Positions 9,289 to 18,972 of a stretch of 50,865 nucleotides of DNA are shown piece by piece (positions within the stretch are counted from its first letter, which is position 1; each line of letters starts with the position of its first letter). The DNA is from Acidobacteriaceae bacterium. GTDB lineage: Bacteria > Acidobacteriota > Terriglobia > Terriglobales > Acidobacteriaceae. The position numbers and the translations under genes were made by a program. The DNA lies in the NCBI GenBank assembly GCA_035545435.1, contig DASZYN010000728.1:1-50865 (forward strand), in the 5' to 3' direction. The notes under the pieces are model-generated. The model had not been told where the DNA came from, did no database searches, and worked only from the letters and a program-made list of their open reading frames with translations.

Positions 9289-12200
9289 GTGAGTTTGTCG
9301 GTACAGACGGACAGTGATTCAAGCGTTTCGGCGACACCGGAGACGGCCGAAGCAATCGTGGTGGGAAGCGGGTTCGGCGGCGCCGTCGCCGCCTGCCGGT
9401 TGGCCCAGGCGGGAATCCGAACCCTGGTTCTCGAACGAGGGCGACGCTATGAGCCAAATGATTTCCCAGCCTTGCCCCCCAGCGACCGCCTCCTACCCGA
9501 CTTAAAACGGTGGACCTGGGCCAGCGATCAGGGCCTTTGGGACGTGGTGGATCTTGAAGAGGTGGTAAGCATTCAAGCCGCCGGCTACGGGGGCGGCTCT
9601 CTGATCTATGCCAACGTGCACCTGCGTCCGCCGGAGACGGTGTTCGATGCTCGGTGGCCGAAGGAGTACCAGGGACGCGCGCTGGACGGGTACTTCGACC
9701 TGGCGGGGTACATGCTCGACGCCTCTCCCATCACCGAACACCCCGACTTATCAGGCAGGTTGGTCAAAACCGACCAGTTAGCCAAGGTGGCGCGCCATCT
9801 TGGCCGTGAAGAGACCTTCTTCTATCCGCCGCTCGCGGTGTCGCACAAAGCGGGGAAGAACGTCGCTGGGCGGGTTCAAGAGGCGTGTAACGGCTGTGGT
9901 GCCTGCTGCTCGGGGTGCGCCAATTCTGCCAAGAACACCCTGGACCTCAACTACCTGGCCATTGCCGAAAGCCGCGGCGCGAAGGTGGTCACTCAATGCG
10001 AGGTTGTGGACGTCGAGCAGAACAGGGACGGAACCTGGACCCTGAGGTGCTTCGACCATCTGACGCAGGTCAGTCGAACCTACCAGTCGAGAAATGTTTT
10101 CTTGTGCGCCGGAGCCATCCACTCCACGCGACTGCTCGCGCGGGCGCGCCTTTTGCCCGAGGCCGCCCAAGTCCAGTCGATGGTCGGGATTGGCTACTAC
10201 CCGAACGCCGACGCCTTTGGCGTCATCTACGACACGGCGCACGAGCAGCGAGCGTCCGTGGGACCAACAATCACCACATCCACGGTGGTTTGGGACCGTG
10301 ACCCTGGCAATCAGTTCTTCCTCGTTCAAGACGGGGGCTATGCGCCCGCGCTCGAGCGTTTGCTGGGGACGTTACGCGCCCCGGCCTGGGTCGGACGCAA
10401 TCGGTTGACGGTGGCTGGCCGGGTCACGGTCGGTCCGAGCACGATCACCCCACTGGCCGTACCTTCCGGGCCGCCACAGATCCTGCCTCTCCTTTCTCCT
10501 TTGGAGGATTTGCTGACCGCGGTCGGGGCGGGCGCGTTCAAAGACGTTCCCTCGCAGGAACTACGCCGACACACGACGTCGTTTGTCGCGCAGCTGAGGA
10601 AGGCTCTCCTCCTTCCTCAAATCGTACAGGGAACCATCGACCGATCCATCACGAATTGGCTACGCGGGTCTCGGCTCACGTCTTGGCTGCGGCCGGACGG
10701 CTGGGTCGCGCGCGCTCTGGTGTACCTGCACAAGTGGGTGTTGCGGACGGTCTACGGAACGTCAGACGACCTGGCCGAACGAGCTTTCGATGCCCTCCTG
10801 GCGGCAGCGGATCTTTCCCCGTCGGCGTGGGCCGACCGGGTGCTCGGCTACGGCGACCAAGCGGCGGAACGCCGGACGATGTTGCTCGCCATGGGGCGGG
10901 ATGAGGTGCCTGGCGTGCTTCAATACGACCGTGAGCATGACCGGCTTATCGCCGACCTAGACCTTTTTCACCTGGCTCCGCGGTATGCGGCGGAGGAAGG
11001 TCTGATGGCGGACATCGCGCTGTCGCTCGGAGGAGAGCTCCGCACCAGCCCGGCGTGGGCGTTCCTTGGGAAACCGGTGACGGTTCACAACCAGGGAGGC
11101 TGCCCCATGTCGGCCGACCCGCGATTCGGCGTGACCACCCCCGATGGGCGGGTTCACGGCTGCGACGGACTCTATGTCCTGGACGGATCTATCCTCTGCA
11201 CGTCCGTCGGTGTGAATCCGTCCGCGACCATTACCGCCATTTCCGAGCGGAACATTCTACAATTCATTCGGTCGTACAAAACGCGTCAGTACACAGGTCG
11301 TTCCAGCGCGGAGAATGAGCTGCAGCGACACGACTCGGACCTGGCCTGGCCGGACAGTGAGCCGAATTCGGAGGGCGCCCGGCAATACATCGAGCAGCGA
11401 ACGGCGGCGAGCGCCTGGCGGGCGCACGCCGACCGACAGAGCTGGCAGCTCACCCCACCAACGGGGTCGACGCCGCCGCCGACGAGTCAGCCGCTCGGAT
11501 TAGGATTTCGTGAGGTGATGCAGGGCTACTATTGGCCGACGGTTGATCCGATCGCGCCGGAGGACCCAGGCGCCTACCTCGCGCTCGAAACGCGGGGGCG
11601 GCCGGACTTCCCGATCATTTTGACACTCGACGTAAGCGTCGACAACCTGACGGTCTTCTTCGAGGATTGCGAGCACGTCATGAAGGTCGCCGGAGAGGTC
11701 AGCATCCGCCTTCCTGACGAGAACGGACCCAAGACCTATAAGGTCGAAAGCGGACGGTTGGACCTCTTCGTTCCGCGGGTCAAGCCTTACGGAATTCGCC
11801 CGGATCAGGTTGAACGGATGAACGCACAACGGGCCCGGGCCGGGGGCTACACGACGCAGACCACCGACGACAGCTCGTCGACACAGCGAACAATGCGGTA
11901 CGCACTCTCCTTCCGTGATGATCGCAACCGCCCATGGCAGATTCGCGGAATCAAATTGATTCGAGAGAACCCAGCGTTTGACGCCTGGCGTGACACGTCG
12001 TCGCTCTTCGTGACGCTGCACGGCCCACCTGACGCGGGCGACACGATGCAGGCCTCGGAGGTGAAGCGCATGCCGATCCGTGGAGCGGGTGCAGCGCACG
12101 TCGATCTCGATGGCTTTCTCTTCCACCAGCTTCCATCGCTTCGGATCAGTCCTCCGGACACTGATCCCGCTCGTGCCGTCTGGGCGACTTTGAAGTTCGC

Positions 12201-12318
12201 GACGTTCTTCTTCGGGACCCTGCAGCGGATCTATGCACCGGAGGTCAACTCCATGCTGACCACCCTTTTCAAGCCTCACCCGAACAACGTTCGCCACAAC
12301 CCGGCGGTGCTCCGATGA
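9289..12318 (+). CDS. GMC-family (cholesterol-oxidase-like) FAD oxidoreductase with ~300-aa C-terminal extension of unknown function
   Basis: GTG start after AAAGGGGGG. FAD fingerprint IVVGSGFGGAVAACRLAQAG...VLERG. GMC C-terminal signature (HNQGGCPMS...GLYVLDGSILCTSVGVNPSATITAISERN). The extension begins around GLGFREVMQGYYWP. Confidence 0.85.
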   Translation: MSLSVQTDSDSSVSATPETAEAIVVGSGFGGAVAACRLAQAGIRTLVLERGRRYEPNDFPALPPSDRLLPDLKRWTWASDQGLWDVVDLEEVVSIQAAGYGGGSLIYANVHLRPPETVFDARWPKEYQGRALDGYFDLAGYMLDASPITEHPDLSGRLVKTDQLAKVARHLGREETFFYPPLAVSHKAGKNVAGRVQEACNGCGACCSGCANSAKNTLDLNYLAIAESRGAKVVTQCEVVDVEQNRDGTWTLRCFDHLTQVSRTYQSRNVFLCAGAIHSTRLLARARLLPEAAQVQSMVGIGYYPNADAFGVIYDTAHEQRASVGPTITTSTVVWDRDPGNQFFLVQDGGYAPALERLLGTLRAPAWVGRNRLTVAGRVTVGPSTITPLAVPSGPPQILPLLSPLEDLLTAVGAGAFKDVPSQELRRHTTSFVAQLRKALLLPQIVQGTIDRSITNWLRGSRLTSWLRPDGWVARALVYLHKWVLRTVYGTSDDLAERAFDALLAAADLSPSAWADRVLGYGDQAAERRTMLLAMGRDEVPGVLQYDREHDRLIADLDLFHLAPRYAAEEGLMADIALSLGGELRTSPAWAFLGKPVTVHNQGGCPMSADPRFGVTTPDGRVHGCDGLYVLDGSILCTSVGVNPSATITAISERNILQFIRSYKTRQYTGRSSAENELQRHDSDLAWPDSEPNSEGARQYIEQRTAASAWRAHADRQSWQLTPPTGSTPPPTSQPLGLGFREVMQGYYWPTVDPIAPEDPGAYLALETRGRPDFPIILTLDVSVDNLTVFFEDCEHVMKVAGEVSIRLPDENGPKTYKVESGRLDLFVPRVKPYGIRPDQVERMNAQRARAGGYTTQTTDDSSSTQRTMRYALSFRDDRNRPWQIRGIKLIRENPAFDAWRDTSSLFVTLHGPPDAGDTMQASEVKRMPIRGAGAAHVDLDGFLFHQLPSLRISPPDTDPARAVWATLKFATFFFGTLQRIYAPEVNSMLTTLFKPHPNNVRHNPAVLR

Positions 12319-13520
12319 GCGCCACCGATGTCATCAAATACGAGATCACGGTCGACTCTCCGGAGCCGGTGAAACCGTACTTGCGCCGTCTAAGAGGATC
12401 TGTTCCCGGTGCGCCCGCTGTCGTACTGCTCCACGGCGGCAACACAAGTGGCGACACCTATCTGTGGCCGAACGGTGGCCTGGCCGGCTATCTGGCCGAC
12501 CACCGGTTCGACGTTTGGATTCTCGAGTGGCGCAGCAGCCCCCATATCGTCTTGCCGCTGCTGCAGCGGAACGCGCTCGGCGGCTCCGTCATCGAAGAAT
12601 GTCGCCTCATGAACCTCGACGTCGCGGTCGAGCAGGACTTGGTCGGTGGCCTGAGGGTCGTTCGGGAGAACATCGAACAGGCCGATCTGTCTGTGCTCGG
12701 CCACTGCTTTGGATCAGCTGCTGTCAGCCTGGCCGTCGCTCGGGGATTGCTGGAGCCCTTCGATGTGGGCAGCATCGTCCTCAGCACGCTGGGATTGTTC
12801 GTCGAGACCCCATGGAGCGGCTGGATCAAGGCGGAGGACTTCATCATGGAGCGCGTCCTCCACAACACGCCTTCCTGTCGGAGCATCAGTCCCTCGACGT
12901 TCGACGACTGGCCGACAGACATGACCGTCTCTTACAGGCGCTGGCCGAAGGTCTGGCTGCCGTCGGGGAGCGATGATCCGCGGTTGCTCCTCGAGAGGCT
13001 GGCCTTCATGTTTGGCCAGCCATACTCAATCGACCGCCTCCATGAGAGCTTGCGCGGCGACGCGGTCGCCCAGTTTTTCGGCCCAATGCACCTCGGCATG
13101 TTCCTGCACGCCAGCCAAATCGTGCGACGGGGATATGTTGACCGATTCGACGCTCCCGACCGTTTGGTCTCAGCCGGCCGGGCAGGCAGATCGCCACGAC
13201 AGACGACCGCAGAGTCGCTCGACCCGACACATTTCGCCGGCAAGCGCGTCACGCTTCTCGCCGCTGGCGACAACCATCTGTGGCACCGGGAATCGATCGA
13301 TCTCATGTACGAATGGCTTCGGCGCAACGACGGCGGTGTGCCCGACCGCTACAAGAAGCATGTTTTCCCTGGATACAACCTGCAGGAACTGCTCTGGGGT
13401 ACGGACGCCCCAGCCGACGTGTTCCCCACCATCAAGGCCGCGCTCGGACGCCGCTGGCTGAGAAAGAGGCCCTCACAAAGACCGGCCGAAAGGGAAGTAG
13501 CCGCGGTCTCGCTTCCCTAG
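12315..13520 (+). CDS. Alpha/beta-hydrolase-fold protein with Cys in the nucleophile elbow (GHCFG)
   Basis: VVLLHGG oxyanion-region motif. The nucleophile elbow reads VLGHCFGSAA, with Cys131 encoded by TGC at 12705-12707. The start overlaps the GMC stop (ATGA at 12315-12318). Confidence 0.8.
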   Translation: MSATDVIKYEITVDSPEPVKPYLRRLRGSVPGAPAVVLLHGGNTSGDTYLWPNGGLAGYLADHRFDVWILEWRSSPHIVLPLLQRNALGGSVIEECRLMNLDVAVEQDLVGGLRVVRENIEQADLSVLGHCFGSAAVSLAVARGLLEPFDVGSIVLSTLGLFVETPWSGWIKAEDFIMERVLHNTPSCRSISPSTFDDWPTDMTVSYRRWPKVWLPSGSDDPRLLLERLAFMFGQPYSIDRLHESLRGDAVAQFFGPMHLGMFLHASQIVRRGYVDRFDAPDRLVSAGRAGRSPRQTTAESLDPTHFAGKRVTLLAAGDNHLWHRESIDLMYEWLRRNDGGVPDRYKKHVFPGYNLQELLWGTDAPADVFPTIKAALGRRWLRKRPSQRPAEREVAAVSLP

Positions 13521-13572
13521 GCGAGGCGGGCACCGTTGCACCCCGGCTGGCCTTGGGCTAGCTTCCAGGATC

Positions 13573-14196
13573 GTGAGTAAGACGATGGAGCACGACGGCT
13601 CCGTCGAGGAGCCAGGGCGTCGCGATTGGGAGCGACAGGACTATGCGGCCGCGACCGCCGATGTCCTTGCCGCATATGGAGGCGAGTTATACGGCTTTCT
13701 GCTGTCCCAGTTTCGCGGGAGTCTGTCCGACGCCGATGAGGCCTTCGCGATGTTCAGTGAGGACTTCTGGCGCGGGCTTCCTTCGTTCCAGTGGCGTTCC
13801 TCGATCCGGTCTTGGTGCTACAAGCTGGCGCGAAGCGCCGCCAGCCGATATCGGCGCTCGCCGCAGAATCAGCGCAAGCGTCGGATTCCGCTCAGCGCCG
13901 AAGAGCAGCTCAACGAGTTGGCCGCGAAGAGTCGATCCAGCACCCTGATGCACCTTCGGTCGGAAGTGAAAGACGGCGTTCGCATGCTGAGGGAGCACTT
14001 AACTCAGGAAGATCAGGACCTACTCATCCTGCGAGTCGATCGGGGGCTCTCGTGGCGGGAGGTGGCCCACGCGATGGCGGATGCAGAGAACGAAGATGAA
14101 GATACAATCCGAAAGCTGGAAATGGCCGTCCGCAAGCGTTTCGAGGCCGTGACCAAGCGACTCAAGGCCCTCGCGGAGGAGGCCGGGCTTCTCTAG
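13573..14196 (+). CDS. ECF-type sigma-70 family RNA polymerase sigma factor
   Basis: Region-2-like segment (ADEAFAMFSEDFWRGL...WCYKLARSAASRYRR). Region-4 HTH (LTQEDQDLLILRVDRGLSWREVAHAM...RKRFEAVTKRLK). GTG start; the ATG at 13585 is an alternative. Confidence 0.8.
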   Translation: MSKTMEHDGSVEEPGRRDWERQDYAAATADVLAAYGGELYGFLLSQFRGSLSDADEAFAMFSEDFWRGLPSFQWRSSIRSWCYKLARSAASRYRRSPQNQRKRRIPLSAEEQLNELAAKSRSSTLMHLRSEVKDGVRMLREHLTQEDQDLLILRVDRGLSWREVAHAMADAENEDEDTIRKLEMAVRKRFEAVTKRLKALAEEAGLL

Positions 14197-14291
14197 CGGA
14201 GCAGACGAAGCGAGGTGCCGAGAGAAGCGGCGGCGCTCACATTCGGTTCGACCGCTCTCTCCCAGTCATGGAACGACTAGGGGGGACGGAG

Positions 14292-14852
14292 ATGAACACA
14301 AAAGTTGCCGGTGCGAGGGCAGAACCGGACGACTCGATTACGGACACGGTGTTGCGTTATTTGCCGGAACTTCGCGCGCGGGCACGCTTTTTGACCCAGG
14401 ACACGGCGAGCGCTGACGATCTCGTGCAGGACGCGATTGAGCGGGCGCTGACTTGGCAACACCGCATGTGGCGGGACAGCAATGTTCGGGGGTGGTTGAA
14501 CCAGGTGCTGAGGAACTTGTTCATCACGGAATACCGGCGCAGGGCCATGACCGCCCGCTTCTCCGTCGCCCCTTCGCTGGATCCAGACGGAGCACAGAGA
14601 GCACCCGAGCCCGCCGACCTCCTTTCGACAGCCGACGTGGAGAATGCTCTCGCGACTCTGGCTCCCAAAGATGCCGTGGTTTTTCGAATGGCTCACCTCG
14701 AAGGACTTCCCTATCGGGAGATTTCCGATCGCTTGGGGATGGTTCCCGGCACGGTCGCCACGCGCCTTCACCGGATTCGCCGGAAGTTGAAGCGGTCTCT
14801 GGCGTCCGTGTATGAGGCGCGCCTAATCTCGCTGGCTGGCTCGGGACAGTGA
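14292..14852 (+). CDS. ECF sigma factor (sigma-24 type)
   Basis: ATG preceded by GGGGGGACGGAG. Region 2: DDLVQDAIERAL...WLNQVLRNLFITEYRRR. Region 4: LAPKDAVVFRMAHLEGLPYREISDRLGMVPGTVATRLHRIRRKLK. Confidence 0.85.
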   Translation: MNTKVAGARAEPDDSITDTVLRYLPELRARARFLTQDTASADDLVQDAIERALTWQHRMWRDSNVRGWLNQVLRNLFITEYRRRAMTARFSVAPSLDPDGAQRAPEPADLLSTADVENALATLAPKDAVVFRMAHLEGLPYREISDRLGMVPGTVATRLHRIRRKLKRSLASVYEARLISLAGSGQ

Positions 14853-15189
14853 CCGGAGCGAGACGTCTTGGAGAAGAATCTTTGGAAGCCGGCCGTCTCC
14901 GAGCAACCCATCCCCGCGGCGCGGTCGCGTTGAAAGCGTTGACCCTGTCAATGCGGCTCTCCAACATCGTATCCGTTCGGCGAGTCGCGTAGCTGACCCC
15001 GGAGGCCTGGCCGTCTAGTTGTCTGGGCATAAGACGGAAGGCGCGAAGGGTGGCCGGAGTTGGTAGCCCGGTGGGAGGCGAGTGGCGGGAGTGCCGCGGG
15101 GCTCGCGAGCCGAGTGGGCACTGGAACAGGGACGCTGCACCGGTCGCGGCGCGAGCTGAGGAGGGGGGGCGCCGGCCAAGGCTCCGGAG

Positions 15190-15345
15190 CTCTCGCTGGC
15201 AAAGCTGGTCGAGGTGCACCCGCTGGTGCGCACGACCGACGAGGGTTCGAGGTGCGGCTCGGGGATGGGCGGAGCGTGGGTGCGCCACCGTGCTTGACGC
15301 CGAGGCGCTCGGGCGCTTGCTACGAGTGCTGGAGGCAGCCGATGA
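15190..15345 (+). pseudogene. Decayed IS66-family orf1 (TnpA-like) C-terminal fragment
   Basis: Three successive frames read LAKLVEVHPLVRTTDEG / FEVRLGDGRSVGAPP / LDAEALGRLLRVLEAADD. Joined, they resemble the usual IS66 orf1 tail '...EVxLxxGRxVRVxxGFDAEALxRLLxVLE'. At least two frameshifts. Confidence 0.45.
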
Positions 15346-15552
15346 TCCGTCGGGCGATCCTCGGGCTTCTCGCCCTCCTTACGAAAGCTCTTCATGTGCT
15401 CGCCCACGCCTCGATCAACGTGCAGTTTACGGTGAAATGCTTGGCGAAGACCAAGCCAGCGCCCTTAGGCTGGCGCACGACCTTCTCGAAGGATTGTCGA
15501 GCCACCTCGTGCTCCACCAGCCGGTCGCTGTTCTTCGTGAATATCGTGGCGT
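15345..15552 (-). pseudogene. Decayed IS5/IS1182-family transposase internal fragment
   Basis: Minus strand reads TIFTKNSDRLVEHEVARQSFEKVVRQPKGAGLVFAKHFTVNCTLIEAWAST* and then, after a frameshift, KSFRKEGEKPEDRP. This is the characteristic 'FSKNRxRL...HFSVDGTLIEAWASxKSFR' block. The N-terminal and DDE parts are missing. Confidence 0.55.
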
Positions 15553-15612
15553 CTCAGCACTCACTGGGAAACGCTCGCGGTCGGCACGTCGAAAAAACGA
15601 GAACGCCGTCCC

Positions 15613-16170
15613 TCACACAACACCTGAGTAAGTCACCACCAACCACCGGTGGTTCATGTAGAGGCCTACGATATCCCTGATCTTCGCGACGAGCTGAGGG
15701 TCCGGAGACAGCTTGAAAGACAGCGTCCTGTGCGGTCGCAGACCAAACGTTCGCCAGATACGACCGACCATCGTGTGACTGATGCCGACCTGCGACGCCA
15801 TCTTCCGGGTGCTCCACTGCGTCCGGCCCTTCGGCGTCGTTTCGAGCGTCTTGATGATCAGGGCCTCCACGCTCTCGTCGGAGATCTGTCGTGGTGCCCC
15901 CACCCGCGGCTCGTCGTAGAGGCCGTCCAGTCTCTGGGCGATAAACCGCTGTCGCCACCTGCAGACCGTCTGGTTCGACGTCCGGCATCGGCGAGCGACC
16001 TCGGCACTGCTGATCCCTTCAGCGCACGACAGAACCAGCTTCGCCCGGAACGCGAGGTGGCGATTCACCCGGGCTCTATGCGTCAGCCGGACAGTTCCTC
16101 GCGCTCGCCATCGGTTAGGACGAGCGCCGCTTTCAGAGGACCGATGGTCTTCATGATCCGGGTAGATCAT
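15613..16170 (-). mobile_element. IS630-family transposase N-terminal (HTH) fragment, truncated before the DDE domain
   Basis: LVLSCAEGISSAEVARRCRTSNQTVCRWRQRFIAQRLDGLYDEPRVGAPRQISDE...TQWSTRKMASQVGISHTMVGRIWRTFGLRPHRTLSFKLSPDPQLVAKIRDIVGLYMN. Homology is lost at about 15655 (HRWLVVTYSGVV*). Confidence 0.75.
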
Positions 16171-16219
16171 GAGACCACAGTCCCGTTCAAGTTATTTCGC
16201 TTCCATGGGGCTAGCTAAG

Positions 16220-16669
16220 CTAGGAGGACTGCGGCGGATCGGGGACGAAAAATGTTCGAATCACTTCGATCTTCCATTCGCCGTTGGCGTATCGGTAATC
16301 GACGACGCCGTGTAGAAGAAGAGTTCCTCCATTCGACGTGATAGTGATCATCTCGTCAACAACTGCGGTCCCCTGTCCCTTGACGTCAATCGTCTCTATC
16401 GCAATGCTGTGTGTCGCCCCTGATGCGATATACCCCGCCCACGCCGTCCGGGCTTCCATAAAGCCTAGGGTTGTGCCATCTGGTTGCCGGGTCCGCAGGT
16501 CGGGAGTCGCCGTTCTCATGACTCCGTCAATGTCCCTCGCGTTCCACGCCCGCCCAAATGCTTCGGCGGTGGCTGCTATGGTTTCCCTGGCGGCAGCGAC
16601 GTCGTCGTCGGCCGCGACCGCGTCTACACCATCGATAACCCTCGAATTGCGCGCCGTCTCCGTGCTCAT
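16220..16669 (-). CDS. NTF2-like / SnoaL-like (DUF4440-type) small protein
   Basis: ATG preceded by AGGAGAGTGGAG. The AAARETIAATAEAFGRAWNARDIDGVM pattern and the size (149 aa) are typical of SnoaL/NTF2-fold proteins. Confidence 0.7.
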   Translation of the reverse strand: MSTETARNSRVIDGVDAVAADDDVAAARETIAATAEAFGRAWNARDIDGVMRTATPDLRTRQPDGTTLGFMEARTAWAGYIASGATHSIAIETIDVKGQGTAVVDEMITITSNGGTLLLHGVVDYRYANGEWKIEVIRTFFVPDPPQSS

Positions 16670-16729
16670 AGCTCCACTCTCCTGGTATATGGTTGATTCC
16701 CACGCCCGCTGACTTACCGGTCGCGACCG

Positions 16730-18442
16730 CTACTGTCCGACAAGCCTACGAAGGCGATCGCCGAGCCCGTGAATGCGCCCGCGGAACGCCTCGCCGAGCG
16801 TATTGGTCGTTCCGTCGTACCAGGCATGAGGCTCCCCGCGCTGGAACCGCCGGCTATCCAGGGTCTTCAGCGGGCGAAGCACCTCTGGCTCAGGTAGGGG
16901 CCAGATCTCACAGGTCGAGTAGTATGATCCTGCCCGCGCTAGAATCGCATTCACCGCACGCCGCGCGGCCTCGTTTGCCGCCTCCATAGTTGCGAGATCG
17001 GTGTTGGTGCGAACAAAGTCCCCGGCGACTGACAGATTATCGATCTCGGTCTCAGCGTTCGGACGGAACTTAAGCGTCCCCACGCTGTTGATGAATAGGG
17101 GTTCGAGGTTTGTCGGCTCACGTTTCGACTTAAATTCGATGGACGGGTCCAAATACCAGCTCCGAATCGCCGCATCGTGGAGGATTCGAACACCTCCGAC
17201 ATTGAGATGCATCTTGAGCTGGGCCCACACCTCCTTGCTAATCTCTTCTGCAGAGCAGTGCTTGGCGGCGCGACCATAGAGGATCCCTGGAGTGTTCCAG
17301 TCCGAGATGTCAACGGATAGGATCCCTTGTACGGTTCCATCGCCGTAGTCAGCCAATTCCGTGCCAGTCCAAAACTGGCGCTGGGAAATAGATGTGAGGG
17401 CCCACGGCGAGTCGACCAAGATGCAGTGACCTTCCACCACCGGGACATCTCTATCTAGATAATACTGGATGCCGTTCATCCACGCCGAACGCAGTCGATC
17501 CAGCCGAGCTAGTGACGGTGCGGCTTCCTTAACGTCGTCGGCGATGATGCTATTCAGGATTTCGTGCGGTAGCGCCAGAAGATATTCGCCCGCCGTCACT
17601 TCACGCTCGACCCCAGATGAAAGAGCGATGACTGCGCCTCCGATGCGGTTGTCGCGGACAATGAGACGTCGCAATGCACCGCACACGAACTTGACACCGA
17701 GTGTCTGAAGCTGCGCCACCCAGGGATCTATCCATACCTCGTTCGTCGGTCCGATAAGGACGCGGTCCGACGACCGCCCCGGAGACAGCGTATCGAACAT
17801 CAACGCCTGGAGAATAAGCCCCAGCGTTCGAGCACTTCCCTCCTCAGCATTCATGGCCACCAAGCTTCTCGTTAGCCCGCCTGCCAGGTACCGCTGATAA
17901 TTGGAGGAGCGGCGCTTCGCGTCCATGAAGTCGACCCAGGTGATGTGGTCGAGTTCGGTTTCCCTGCGGCGGTCACAACTGGTAAGCAAGACGAGCATTC
18001 GGTGGATGAAAAACATACTGTCGGCGACGGGCACCCAAGCGCGTGTCGCGTCGACGAACGCTGCAGACCACGACACGATATCGGCGCGATCGCGTGGGAC
18101 GCGGACAGGGAAACATAAGCCGCGCTGGCCCGTCGACGCGAAGAGCGTGCGATCAACGGAGATGAGGTTATCCAGAACCCCGTTTCGGTTCCTTCCAAAC
18201 GGTATGCGTCGAAGGGTATCTGGAATATGACGATAGAAGGCCGGGAAAAGCCTGAAGCCGTGCTCGGCCGGGAGCGGCTTACGTTGCCCCCGGGCCGATC
18301 GAGGCACGGGCAGGCTTCGCGCCTTGCCGCCAAACATCCGGCGCGGTTCATAAACCGTAACTTGAAAACCACGCTGGATGAGCTCGTGGGCGGCGGTTAA
18401 CCCGGCAACACCCGCGCCAAACACCGCCACTGATCGTTCCAT
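16730..18442 (-). CDS. FAD/NAD(P)-dependent oxidoreductase (amine-oxidase / phytoene-desaturase-like fold)
   Basis: ATG at 18442 preceded by GAGGGCGAA. Dinucleotide fingerprint VAVFGAGVAGLTAAHELIQRGFQVTVYEPRRMFGGKARS. C-terminal FAD-contact motif VAGDFVRTNTDLATMEAANEAARRAVNAI. Confidence 0.85.
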   Translation of the reverse strand: MERSVAVFGAGVAGLTAAHELIQRGFQVTVYEPRRMFGGKARSLPVPRSARGQRKPLPAEHGFRLFPAFYRHIPDTLRRIPFGRNRNGVLDNLISVDRTLFASTGQRGLCFPVRVPRDRADIVSWSAAFVDATRAWVPVADSMFFIHRMLVLLTSCDRRRETELDHITWVDFMDAKRRSSNYQRYLAGGLTRSLVAMNAEEGSARTLGLILQALMFDTLSPGRSSDRVLIGPTNEVWIDPWVAQLQTLGVKFVCGALRRLIVRDNRIGGAVIALSSGVEREVTAGEYLLALPHEILNSIIADDVKEAAPSLARLDRLRSAWMNGIQYYLDRDVPVVEGHCILVDSPWALTSISQRQFWTGTELADYGDGTVQGILSVDISDWNTPGILYGRAAKHCSAEEISKEVWAQLKMHLNVGGVRILHDAAIRSWYLDPSIEFKSKREPTNLEPLFINSVGTLKFRPNAETEIDNLSVAGDFVRTNTDLATMEAANEAARRAVNAILARAGSYYSTCEIWPLPEPEVLRPLKTLDSRRFQRGEPHAWYDGTTNTLGEAFRGRIHGLGDRLRRLVGQ

Positions 18443-18489
18443 TTCGCCCTCTAACAGAGAAAGATTCTGTCTAAAGTTGATCGTAACAG

Positions 18490-18972
18490 TTAAGTCATCG
18501 ATGGGACACGTTGAGTGCCGGGGTGCCGTGAATACTTCTGAAGCCCGGCCTGCGCGCGTGACACCGCCCAGCTGTGATTCCAACGAAACAATGGGCGAAG
18601 CAGCGGGGTCAAGACACGGAGCAGTGGTTTGTCTGCGCAAACATGCCAGTCCCAGCACACCCTGGTTCTGCTGTCATGCTCGGTGAACGTCCAGATGCCG
18701 TGGCCACGTAGATCTCCCTCGGCTTTGAATTCAAAGCGATGAGGAGGGTCGTATACCGTCAACTCAGTTCGCAGGTGGATGTCATACGGGAGCGCGCCTC
18801 GAAAACAATGCTGCGCTACGCATCCAACACCTCGCACCCCATTCGTCTCGACTGACTTGTAGACCGGGCGCCACCAGTGAGGGTAGCTACTGACGTCTGA
18901 AACAAGATCGAAGACAACACCAATTTCCGCATCAATGTCCCACTCGTCGCGAAATACGTACTCCCTCCCCAT
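18490..18972 (-). CDS. SRPBCC (START / polyketide cyclase-dehydrase-like) protein
   Basis: ATG preceded by GGAGGTGGACCA. VFDLVSDVSSYPHWWRPV is the usual Polyketide_cyc2-type motif. About 160 aa. Sits 47 bp upstream of the FAD oxidoreductase on the same strand. Confidence 0.7.
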   Translation of the reverse strand: MGREYVFRDEWDIDAEIGVVFDLVSDVSSYPHWWRPVYKSVETNGVRGVGCVAQHCFRGALPYDIHLRTELTVYDPPHRFEFKAEGDLRGHGIWTFTEHDSRTRVCWDWHVCADKPLLRVLTPLLRPLFRWNHSWAVSRAQAGLQKYSRHPGTQRVPSMT

